Source: Asterias rubens (lineage: Eukaryota). Taken from it: a stretch of DNA of 64,000 bases. A model generated the notes under the pieces. That model was not told the DNA's origin, searched no databases, and saw nothing but the letters and a program-made list of their open reading frames with translations. Made by a program: the position numbers and the translations under genes. This document shows positions 29,994 through 42,500 of this stretch, in pieces. Location: assembly GCF_902459465.1 (NCBI RefSeq), contig NC_047064.1, forward strand, positions 22,072,001 to 22,136,000, given 5' to 3'. Each line of letters opens with the position of its first letter. Position 1 is the first letter of the stretch.

Positions 29994-32900
29994 ATGGCCG
30001 CGTTGGTTCAACTTTCTTTGCTCGTGTTTGGTGTTTTGGGAGTGGAGTGCCAGCCCCGTGTTAGCCTGGGCGGTCTCGGTACTCTACTCGGGGAAACGGT
30101 CCACTATCTCCGGGAGGGCTACCCGGCCAAAGACGTCTACATCGATGCATTCCGTGGGATCCCGTTTGCCGAGAAACCCGTCCGGTTCTCGAAGCCGCGA
30201 GCCAAGGAATGGTCGGGGGAGTTCAATGCGACAACCTTCAAGGAGAGGTGCCCGCAAGCGCTTACAGAGGGAACCAGTGAAGATTGCCTGTACCTTAATG
30301 TGTGGGCGCCAAACCCAAAGGTAAATGACGTGTACTGTTTACCATAATTATTTTGAAAAAGGGCATCAGTAATGATAGAAAACAACAGATCAAGTTTTGA
30401 TAAAACAGAATAACTCAGTTTTTGTGCTAGAACCGTGGACATTGGATGTGCACATTTTGCACAAATACAAAAAATGTCAAAGGCATTAAAACTGCCTTTG
30501 CCATTTTCAAAAATTACTTTTAGACCTTATAATCCCCTATGTTTTTATTGATTAATTTGTTTTGGGTAAAAGGACGCAATTGGAGAGGTGTGTTGGAATG
30601 TGGACAAGAGTTGCACATTAATTTATTTTACTTCGACGCGCAATTGGAGAGGTGTGTTGGAATGTGGACAAGAGTTGCACATTAATTTATTTTACTTCGA
30701 CGCGCAGATTTTGATTGCCCCGATCGAGATTTGTTTCAAATGCTTTTCATTGTATCCATTTAGTATAACGCATTTGTCCCAAGAGAAAATGTTGGTAAAA
30801 TAATAACATTTTGAAAATAGAATTTTGAAACTTTTTGATTAATATTCTACCAATGTTTTTAAAACAATAAAACAAATCTCGAATGGCCCATTAGTCAAAA
30901 ATCTTTCTCATGACTGACTCTCATCGCAGACACATTGCCTGTCGTACTCTTGATGTCAATAAATTTGATAACTAAATGTTAAAGTCATCTAAGATGGGCG
31001 AACGTTAGCCATTCAAAGAGGAATGTGGGATATGTGACGTCATGTCGATCCAACCAAACGTGATTGCGAACAGTTCTCAAAAAGTGATTTGTTGAATAAT
31101 GTACACAATAATAATTCTTTTGTTTCCTCCCTTGTTGCAGTGTTTGTAGACTTGATTCAAGACCCGTTCTCGTGCGAGAGGTTCCTAAGCATATCTGCCG
31201 TCAAAATGTAGCTATGTGGTTCCGAGAATGGCGCGGCACAGGTTAAGCGATGGGACTGAAAATAAAAGGACTCCCACGGGATTGGGACTTGAGTCAAGTC
31301 TACAATGTTTGAAGTTGTGTTACCTAAAGATGTTAAGGACATAAACCTATAAGCATCCTGCATTATCAATGATTTACCAAATAGAACCATAATGAACCAT
31401 ACAATGATTGCTTGAAGGCTTAGGTTTGATTTATAATCAAAGATTGCTATCATTTAGAGTGTAGGTTCACATGACATGTTAAAAAGGGGGATGTCAAATT
31501 GATAACACAAACTTAAGGGGTGGTGCAAACTTTTTGTTGGTGTTGGTTTTTGTTTGTTTTTAGGGGAGAGCATTCATTCAAGGTTTTAGGGTTTGTTTTT
31601 CGAATCCAAGATAATAATAGATTACTTAAATAATTATTATGTTTTGTTATGTTTCACTCATCACAAATCATCCAATTTCCATTTTTGCTGAGATCGTGTG
31701 CACCATCTATACTTGTTTTGATCGCTGCGATATAAACAAGCAACTCTGTTTTTGTTGGGAGTGAAGCATCCCCTTTCTTTACTTTAACAAATATTTTAAA
31801 CGAAACTTTTTCTCTGGACTATTTCCGATTTTAAACTTAACAACCAGTGAGCTAGGAATCAATCTGAAAGGTTTTAGACAGCGATTATTATTTCCTCCGA
31901 GGCTACAGATTATAAAGTTGATAACATTTTGTTTCTGATTTCAAAACCTACCTAATTGATACCCAACTACCTCTCTGCTTTGACTGTTACATAATGGTAG
32001 ATAGATCCTATGATATCAGGTCATTTGCATAGATATTGAAGGAAATAGATCCTCAGTAAATAAATGAGGCAAGAATGAAGGCTGAACATCGATTCAAAAA
32101 ACCCAAACCCTCGATGTCAGGAAAAGTTAATTGTTATAACACTCTATGTGTGGTACTGTCATCTGACAGCACCCTCCTATTCAATTTCCTCTTTGGGGGC
32201 ACGCACAACGGGTACAAAATCCCCACGCCATCACCATTTATATAGATTCTTATATTATAATAAAAACTAAATTATTTATTTGTTTGTCCTATTCTTGTGA
32301 AATGCGAGTATCATCCAATGCCTGTGATAAAACTTATAAGGATACCTGACAATAACTGATTGGTTAATATCCTCCATGGTCAAGTTATGAGAGTCAACAT
32401 TTTGGAGAAGGAGCGGGGGAATGGTGGGGGAATGAAGAACACAAAATAATTGAACTTGACTTGCATTCCAACACATCCGTAACAAAAACACCAATAAATA
32501 TATAGTAACGAATGTTCACGCTTAGATTTTCCAAGTTCTAACTTGTTTTTTGTGTGATTTTTGTAGCCTTCCAAAGCAGCCGTTATGGTCTTCATCCACG
32601 GTGGTGGATATGTGTCAGGGGCAGGCGATTACAAAGGTTACCACGGCACACAGCTCGTGGCGTATCAAGACGTCGTTGTTGTGACTTGTAACTACAGACT
32701 AGGCAGCTTCGGCTTTCTCACCACAGGTAAAAACAACCACCACACTCAAAACAACTTAAGTTTGTGAGGATTTTTTTAAATTCAAGAATATTACGTTTAG
32801 ACTTTATTTTAGTTCGGTAATGAGCTTCTCACAGACTGGTGACCATGTCCAATGCCGAACTGCCTTTTTATACTTTCTTTGTGATCATAGAGGGCGTTGT

Positions 32901-35900
32901 AGGCGTGGTTTGGACTAGTATAATTGGTAATTAGTTCTGGGGATGGTACCCCGCTTTAAAGCCTGAACATCTGACGTCACACTTCGACGATTCTGATTAA
33001 CGCCAGAGAGAGGCCTCAAGCTTCGGTCAATCCCCGTCCATAATCACCTTTTATCTAGATTCATATGCGGACGACCAAAAGTGCAGCTGCGAAACGTCAC
33101 TTCGGACCAATCAAACACGTAGAAAGCTTACGTCACTGCACGTTTATTCAATTAAATCATTGTATCCAATGAACTCACTGGTTTTGAACAGTTGTCTTTA
33201 TCCTTAACGCTTGCAGGTGATCCAGAGTTACCAGGGAACTATGGGCTATGGGACCAGCGCGAAGCACTGAAATGGGTGAAGGCACATATAACTGGTAGGT
33301 CAGAGGTAGTCATGTCTATGTTCAAACGCCGTTTCTCTTGTCCCTAATAAGAAGTACTGAGCAGAGTGTGGGTTCGAGTCCCAGTCGTGGCATTTGCGTC
33401 CTTGTGCAAGATACTTTACCATATGCCTTGGTCCTTCGATTGAGACCTTATAGCTCCCGTGTACTTAGGATTGGTAAAATAACCCAGAACACTTATCGTG
33501 GAAGAGTACGATGCATTCCAGTGTTTCTGCTTCACATAGCACGCACCCTTGTTTACTAATTCTATTGCAACTTCGATGAACACTTGTAATGAGTCAAAAT
33601 TGTCACAGGTTTGTTATGTTATGCATAATGTTTGGATACACCAAGTGAGAACACTGGTCTTTTACTGATAATTACCAAAGGTGTCCAGTGCCTTGAAGCA
33701 CCCTCTCAAAGTTGGCATTACACGCCCTGTGGCGACCAGCTTGAATTATTTCATATAAGCAGTGGGTACTAAATATAAATTTAATTACTTTTAATGAGGT
33801 CCCAGAATTATTGTTGAATGTTAACTAATGCATATGCAGTGTTGACACTGTTATTTGTTTTTATTCTGGTTGTAGCTTTTGGAGGTGACTCTGACAGGAT
33901 AACCATTTTCGGACAGAGTGCTGGTGCTGGGTCGGTCAGTCTTCTGACACTGGCGGAACCAGCCTGGGAGTTCTTCGACAGAGCAATCGTACAGGTATGG
34001 AACACACCCCACATCGAGCTCATTAGCTCTTTAATCAAAATCAGTTTCTTTAAATCTACAAGTATGCCCCCTATTATATTTCAATAATAACGTTTTTTAG
34101 TATACTTTTCCTTACGTCCTGCTCTCCTCGTACTGGAATCACAAGTTAAGTATTCCATTATTTTTCCCAGCTGCAAATCCCAGAGATAGTTGAACGTTCT
34201 TGATATCCTAGGCTGGATCATTTCATTTTTTTTCAGATGGGAAGTCAGTTCACAGGTTGTTTATACCGGTATAAAAACCAATCCCATAATACAATTTCTG
34301 TGCATCTTTATCCGATGTCTCTCCGGGCAATCCCGGTGGTCTTGTTAGTAAGACATTGCTCTAGCATTGCAAAGGTCGTGGGTTCGAATCCCACCGAGAT
34401 GCCTGTGATTTGTTATTTTCACAGAGCTCGGGAAAGTGCTGAGTGTACAGTGTTAAACACACATAAACCAAAATTAATAAGCTTACGTTTTGTTGTTGAT
34501 TTTTACGCAGAGTGGACAAGCTTTGTGTCCGTGGTCTTTGGAGTTGGACAAGGCAAAGGCTAGGCAGGATGCCTTCGAAGTCGGTAGGAATGCCGGGTGT
34601 GGGGAGATTGAGACCAGTGCAGAGCTTGCTGAGTGTCTACGGGTTGTTGACACCGAAAGACTCAATGCGGCGACAACTGCGGTGAGAAATTCGGATGCTG
34701 AAGTTTGATGTTTTGATTGTCGGTGTTGTTTTTCATTTCAATACAGTCTCGTGGTATTTAAAGATAACCACTCATACATAGTGCGTGACGTGGCTGAGCG
34801 AATAAGAGCACCGGACTCGAGCTCTGTGGTAGTCTCCCTAACAACACAGTCACAACCCACGAAGATATGCAACACATTGAAGTGATAAATATTGCAAATA
34901 AGACTTACCTGCAATAAGACTTATTTAATAATAATCTTATTCTTTTTCCCCAGGTCCTTCTGAAAACGAGGAATGTCATTCCATTCGTTCCGACAGTTGA
35001 CGGTGAACTCATTACAGACAATCCCCTCAACCTCTTTACCAACGGCAAGTTCAAACAGTGCGATATCATGACGGGAGCGATGAGGGACGAGGGGACCATC
35101 TTAGCTGCCAGAGCTTTTCTCAGTCAAATCAACACGACTCACCCAATGGTTACCCGTGAAGAGTTTGAATCCAAACTGAGCACGTATGTCTACAGATTTA
35201 CTAATGATATGATCCTGGACTCCATCAAGCAAGAATATTACAACTGGGCAGATGTGGAGGATCCTGATACTAATTTCTTCTGGAGTTTTGTCCGGATCAC
35301 CACAGATGAGGCATTTGTGTGCCCGATAGAGGCTGGTGCACGAGCCTATACCAATGCTGGTATGAACACCTACCTGTATCATATGACGTACGTGCCGTCA
35401 GTTCGTAACTTCGGTGAGAATATTCCATGGGTTGATGTCGTCGCTCACTCTGACGAGATCACGTTTGTATTTGGGCATGGGTTGTTCGTGGAAAACCCAG
35501 TCAACATAACGGCAGTAGAGATGAATATGACGCTGGATTTAATGAGATATTGGACTAATTTTGCCAAAACTGGGTAAGAAATCATGAGGTAATTTCATCA
35601 AACCTGGCTCACTTTCATAAAGCTGTTAAGCAGGAAATACGGCTCGGCAAATTTATCTGCTAAGCAAAATTTATTTTTGGGGCGGCACCAATTTACAATG
35701 TAAACTTATCAGAATTTGGGCTGGTACAGTTACTGCTAAGCAATACGAACTTGTCTGTGTTTATCGATTTGTTGTGCTTACAGGCTTTATGAAATTGGGC
35801 GAGCCCCGTACATTACTAAAGGTTTTCTGCTGACGGGTCGCCCCTCTTTTTAAATAGGAATCATTTTTGACGAATCACTTTTTATAATAACATGAGTCAA

Positions 35901-37177
35901 AAGGTTTTTAGTAACTACTTGCCAGTGCCGAGCCTCCATACACTCGTTCCAAAGAATTCTAAAAGAAAATCTAATTTAAAGAAACCTAATACCTAAAAGT
36001 AGCTGAGCTGACTTACGGTCTAAGCAAAAGGATGGCTTGGGGATTATTATGATTAACCCAAAACAAAATTCTGGCTGTTAAAACCGTTTCCACAAAGAAC
36101 AGACATAATCTGTGCTAAGCATGCAAAATTGATTCAAATAGGCCCACATCACGTGCCATCTCTCTTGCTTCTTGTCACTATTCTAGATTTCGTGTCGGCC
36201 TATAAAATTGTACTTTTTAAGTGTGCAAGTTCTGGGAGAGCACATTTTTTTATGACATTTTTTGTTTTACTTCTGCCTTTCCCTTAACGTCCCCTGCTTG
36301 TTATAATTATTGTTTTGTCAAAAATCTTACAAAAATCATATCAAAAATGTATTAGGACTGAATATCCTGTTGCAATGGTACAAGATTGGATTCAAACAAT
36401 ATTGTCCACAGAAGTTGAACGGCAGGGAAATAATAATATACAACTGATCCTTCGTCTGTTTTACTTCTTTTTTGGTAGAAATCCGAACCTTGAGTTTGCC
36501 AGCCAGTCTGAGAACGAAGAAGACGAGACAAACTGGGCAAAGTTTTCGATTCCTGAGCTGGCGTATAAGGATATTGCACCCTCTATGAAGGACAGTAGGG
36601 CATTGAGGAGTGCTCAGTGTCAATTCTGGAACGAATATCTACCGAAACTCAACTACTTTATAGGTAAGACTACACCCAATGGCTGTTGGAGATTTAAAAT
36701 CCCATGTTGAATGTTTTTTGGCTATTACATTAATACTAATAACATTGTTGGGAAAATTAAAACTGCATGGTCAAAAGCACCCCCCCCCCTCAAAAAAAAA
36801 ATTAAAATAATAATAATAATACATCCAAATTGGAAAACACACCATCTCATAACTAAAACATTGTATTATTTAAAAAGTCACAACTTTTAGAAAATAAGTT
36901 AGTTAATAAAAATCTTAATAATTCAGAATCTTGAACCCATACACTTGAGATAAAGAAAAGTTGTCGAAGATGGCTCATGGCTTTCAGGTAGAAGGGTATT
37001 ACTCTATAACGCCATAGCTTAATGCAAGCCTTGATTTATTTATTTGAAGACGAAACAGACGAAGAAGAGTGGCAATGGCGGGAAGAATTCTACGGATGGA
37101 AGTCGCAGGAGATACCAGACTGGCGCCAAGCGTATGCAGAGTATATGGAGGTCGTTGGAAACGATGTCAATTCTTGA
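29994..37177 (+). CDS. Carboxyl/cholinesterase-like paralog P5 (divergent member), ~595 aa, GQSAG, WAT exon
   Basis: Exons 29994-30320, 32567-32726, 33217-33294, 33876-33994, 34511-34681, 34954-35573, 36479-36663, 37050 (or 37059)-37177. Signal peptide [63 protein letters not shown], then [28 protein letters not shown]. Confidence 0.92.
30576..30703 (+). repeat. 64-bp tandem duplication in P5 intron 1
   Basis: gcaattggagaggtgtgttggaatgtggacaagagttgcacattaatttattttacttcgacgc at 30576 and 30640. Confidence 0.85.
33335..33560 (+). mobile_element. tRNA-derived SINE-like fragment
   Basis: B-box-like gggttcgagtccc followed by ccttgtgcaagatacttta (SINE core-like). Confidence 0.45.
34335..34470 (+). 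mobile_element. tRNA-derived SINE head (not a tRNA gene)
   Basis: ggtggtcttgttagtaagac...ggtcgtgggttcgaatcccacc with A/B-box-like motifs but no complete cloverleaf. Confidence 0.45.
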
Positions 37178-38420
37178 GCTGTTCATGTTTTAGAAACAAA
37201 ATAATACATTATGAGCCCTTATAATTGGCATTACTTATAGAGATGTCTTGTGGAATTTTCAGACTTTTACGAATAAAGGGTTATTGTAAAGGAAATGATG
37301 TATCGCTCTGATTGAATTAAACACTCATAATAATTAAACTATATGGTTTCACTTTCACCGACTCTTGGTACCAGACTTTGTACCGAAACGTAGCTCCAGC
37401 TCCAGATCAGACTCCGTATGGTTGTAGCACCACACTATAAAAACATCCGGGTCCCGTAGGGTCTGACTAATATCTGGGTCAAGAATCTGGGTCAGTGTGA
37501 AACTTGTAGTCTGGGGTCCAACACCTCAGTCTATTGTCCAACTCTGATTGTATTATAAGTCAAATCAGGCATCCTCTTCAATTTTGTTTTATTTAACAAG
37601 CAAACTTATTAGCTATTTCCATGACTCCATGTTTAACCAATCATATTAGAGGATTCTATACATGAGGTATATAATTAAAACTACGACTCCCGAGGCGAGG
37701 CGATCCCCGGGGCGTCCTCTTTTCCTGAGGCACAGCGGCCGACGCATGCGGATGTGTACGGGTCGTCGAGTCGTGCGACGTGTTACGCACAGCGTATACG
37801 GGTAGGTTTTGTCCAGAGCGGCGTATTTTTTGTCGGACAATTCGACTGCCTTGAGCAAGCTTAAGGCAATAGAGAGGCATGCAAAAAAGTGAATGAATTA
37901 TGGTGTCCACAGCAACAATGCATGCTGCATTTTGTGTGAGTCACCTCATACGAAGCCTTATGGGCAAACATACATCTCCCTGATAACAGGCATATTGCTA
38001 TCGTGCCATACCACTTAACCAGACAACAGGTACCTGTCACAAAAGCAACCCCATGTCCGCTTACCCGAAATTACATAAGTATCGCTGGAGACGCCGAAAA
38101 AGGAAATACTCCTCCCCCCCCCCCCCCCCAATCTCCCTCGTTACCTATGGAAAGAGCTCTTGCGATGGCATGCGCATACTACTATACTATGTACCACGAG
38201 GGCGTTCAATCAAATCAAACCAGATCAGTCTAGTCCTTCATCGGTTTAAACTGTAGTCTAGGTTCCTAGACCATTGGTGTTGCGTGGTCACACACAACCA
38301 ACGTTCAGATTATGCACGGCAAAAACTGTACACGCTTGTAATGAACGAACGCTAGCGGGCGCTCTGTTTCTCTGATTTCCTTTCGTTCATTACATGATAT
38401 CGTGGATTTTGTTCCCCTAG

Positions 38421-39331
38421 AGCCCCTTTCACACGACAAAAATATAGCCAGGGTCCCTTGCTACAAAATTTACGAGCATGGATCGTTTATGTGTTATCTC
38501 TGTGTGCGACTGATTTTGTGAGCTTTCACACTGCAGACAAAATAACAACCCTTGTGTGCCATGATAGTATTGGTAATCCTGATCATCTCAAGTGGTAATT
38601 AGCACCCACAATCGCATGCGCTGTATGGGCAACTTCACCCAGGACAGACGTCGGTCAATAAACAAGGATTCATAGATACCTCAGACAGTTTCGCTATTCC
38701 TATTGGTGGAGAGCGCGTCACGTGGGTGTGTATAAACCTTTGTTTATGACCGGTAAAAAGTGTTAATTCATGGGCGTGACACGCGACCTTGCACCTGTTC
38801 TTTTAAGACAGTTTCTACATTCCTATTGGTCGAGAGCAACGGCTGAAACAGTTGTGCCAGATCACGCGATACGCGCGACGCGCACAGCATTCCCTTACAA
38901 GGAGTTGTTTACCCGAGGGCGGCAGAGGGCGTTACCATTTCATAGCTGGAGGGGTGCTGTGTTGAAAGAAATCAATGAACAATTTTATTATAAGTTTTGG
39001 ATTTATTTTACCTTTTGACCAAAAAGTGATGATGTTTTTGACCGAAAAGGTATTTATGAATAGTTGAAAACCTCTTCACCACACATTGATTCTCTTATTC
39101 ATTTCACACGATAGCGCATATTGTCCTTGGTCAACACTTCCGCTAGTGTAAGATTTTGTCGTAGGTCCGGACCTCCGACAAAATGTATCAATGTTGGACA
39201 AGATTTTTCAAGGGACCCTGGACACTTTAAAAATTGTTGTTCTTTCACACGAGGTAAAATTTATAAAATTTTTACAACCATGCTACAATTTAGCAAGGGA
39301 ACCTTGCTATTGCTCTCCCGTGAAAGGGGCT
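38421..39331. mobile_element. PIF/Harbinger-like non-autonomous element immediately upstream of the SELENBP1 first exon
   Basis: 12-bp TIR agcccctttcac / gtgaaaggggct with TA-containing flanks (tag / tat). Confidence 0.5.
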
Positions 39332-39554
39332 TATCACAGGTAAAGCAACGGTCGCACTGTATGTGTAATCCACACAGGAAACTACGAGCGACTTGACAAA
39401 AGGCTAATTCGGATAAAGGCCGACGAACGAGAGCTCTGAAGAGTGCACCGTCATTATTATCGTCGGTGTTGCTTGATCTCGCCGATAGCTGTGAGGAGTA
39501 GGTGCTGTGTTCCGTTGTTCACCAGTTTGCCCGGACGTTTTAAGCACCGTAAAA

Positions 39555-42500
39555 ATGGCTGGACGTAAGTTTACACTTTTATTGGTTATTTTTTACACTT
39601 AAATCAAGAACTTTGGAAGAGTTGGTGGCGGCGTTGAGCACCATGCTCAGCGCCTGGTTCCGTGTATGCATTGCGAATGTACTGTACACACAGAACACAA
39701 CAGCATCGGATCGTGTGACATTGAAGACTAAAAACACTCGCTCGGTGTTTTTCACAATTTTTTCTCTCAAAAACTTGTCGACTGAAGCTTAAACTAGGCT
39801 AAAGGTAAATTACATAGGCCCTGCATCTTCATTCACAGTGAGTCCAATAGGAATTCGTGACATGGCCAAAAACTTGATCTAACAATGACAATTATTGCTG
39901 TGAATGTAATATTATAAATAAAGGAATGTTACTTTTACTCACTGTTACTGTTTAGCATGGAGGTAGAAATAGACCTTCCATGCTGTTAGCATAGAGGTAG
40001 ATAATTCTACCTCCATGCTGTTAGTGTTAGTAAGAAACAAATCGTGAAGATCACAGATTTACATAAAACTTACTCGGTCTAATGATGATGATTATGATGA
40101 TAGTAGAATATTATTCCTTGAAATTCTATTGTTGTCTGAAATGTCGCATGTTGAGAACAAATATAAGTTACTTATATTATAAGTAATTTAATTTCGCGCT
40201 TGGAGTTTATTTATTGCTCAGTGAGCGTTTTGCTCATTTTTTGCATAGATTTCATACCAAAAATTAATAAAATAGTTAGTAATCGATTTTTCACTATTTG
40301 CCAGCAAATGTTTTATTAGCAAAACCAATTCTGTAATGTCCCTTCAAAAAAGCCTGCTGGTGTGTTCTGTTGAGAACTCATGCCAGAACAAGAAAAGTCA
40401 CAGCACATTCTTATTTAATTTAAAACTATTGTTTTATTATATTTTTTTGTTATAATAAGATTGCTTGTTTCAAGGCCACCAAGTCTGTGTGTTATATAAC
40501 AAAATAATAGGGGATAAATCTACAAGTTTGATCAAGGGATTATACACATCGATGTATGCTTAACTGGAAGCAAAGAACGACGAATTAACTTAATCCCAGT
40601 CACCATCACTTAACCATTGTCTGTGATGTAAGAACACTTAATGTGTGTTTTTTGAATAGCAAGTAAACTTACTCGGTAACTGTAATTAATGTGGGGTTTC
40701 ACATTTGACATTATTTTTTAGGAAAAGTTTCCGTATGGCGCCACCACTTTTTCATTTGATATGAAATAATATAGTATCTAATTTACCTCAATGAGATATC
40801 CATTTTTGTAAAAATGAGTGATAAAGTGGTGGCGGAAAGTTATCCATTTTTTATTAAATTAAGGCTTACAAACTTCTAGTGTCCCTAAAAACAACCACAA
40901 CATCCGAACGTACATTATCGGTATCTGCTCCCAAACTCTGGAACTCTAATAACCAATCCCAGCTACAGAATCTCTGGACTTGTGCAACATTTTTTGACAC
41001 TTTCGGAACAGAAAAAAAAAGTTCACAGATTTACAAATAACTTACAGGGTTTACAAAAGGTAATGGTGAAAGACTTCACTTGAAATATTATTCAATGAAA
41101 TGCTTTACTTTTTGAGAAAACATAATTATCAATTCTCGTTTGTGTGGATCAATGTATTCTACTTTTAAAACATCTTTCCAACCATACTTATGCATTTTAT
41201 AAAACACGGTTACAAACGCTTTTTATAGACCAACTCGTCCAATCCAAGGCCACATGTTCCTTTAAATGCATGGTTACAAGGGTAAAGATCGCGATCCATT
41301 CCTGCACAGAAAATGGGCCCCTCAACTCTTGCTAAAAAACATGTCGAAATATACCATTGTTATCCATTAGATTTGTTTGCATAACTGTGGGAAGAGGAAT
41401 TAAAATTCCAGATTAGGTACCGAGACGCCAAAGCTTAGTTTTATATTTTATTTCATTGTTGTTGTTTTTGTACTTGTCATTCTGTGAACGCTTTGCAACC
41501 TTAGAAAAATATGTATGGATATTCTTGTACATAACTCATTTTTTGGCAGAGATTCATGGTTTGGTGAATAAAGTGGTTGGTTTTGGCGAAAACAACTTGT
41601 TATCCCTTTGATCACCATCAGCGCATGGAGACTGTATTGACCGAGGCGCCACTCGAAAATAGGAGTATTGTGTACAGGCCACCATGACGGTAACCTAGCC
41701 CCGATGGTTGGACTTTGTTATCGTCACTATAATCATAAACCAGTTCTATTGTGTGCTGTCTGACAGCTTCTGTACACAGATTTTCTTATGAATTATGTTA
41801 TTTGTGCATCGCTGAGTATTGTGGCGATAAAACGTTAACCTTTTGAATATGCATATCAGAATCAGAGCATGACTGGTAGGACATCGCTAAACAAACAATA
41901 ACATAATAGCAGTGCGTCGGGTGAGTTGGTAATTATTTAAGCCGGAGACCTATAACAAAAGAGGACAATTTAAAATAGGGTCCATCCACGGTTCGGGAAA
42001 GGTCCACAGTTGGAAAACTTGTATAAAACCAATGGGAGCTGTTGCAAAACAGAAAACAAAAGAGGGAAATTGGATGTCCACGGGCATGCAGTGTGCACTT
42101 TGGCAAAAAAATATTTTAAAAAATATAAAAAATTACGCCGCCCCCATCATACTGGGAGAAATTTCATTTTTCTAAGAAAATTCCACCTTTTCATGGAATC
42201 GCCCCAAAAAATGTGTAATTTTTTTGTAATGTTATTAAAAGATGTACTTTGCCATGCATGCGCCTTTGAACAGCTTTGTCTGGAATTGGCGCGTTATAAA
42301 TCATTTTCTATTATTAATATCATTTAAAAAAGATCAAGAGGACACTTAAAAAAAAAACCCGATGATTTCTGAGATTTGACATTGCAATCATACAAAAAGT
42401 AAAGTTAAATGGAAGTTTAAATAATGTCCATAAGATTACAGGCCTAGTTATAATAGTTGTTTCTTATTTTTGTTGACTCACGTCACGTACGGTTATTGTG

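Noticed and set aside
34335-34400. tRNA gene
   Set aside because: Only A/B-box-like motifs are present. There is no complete cloverleaf, and the sequence continues as SINE-like body.
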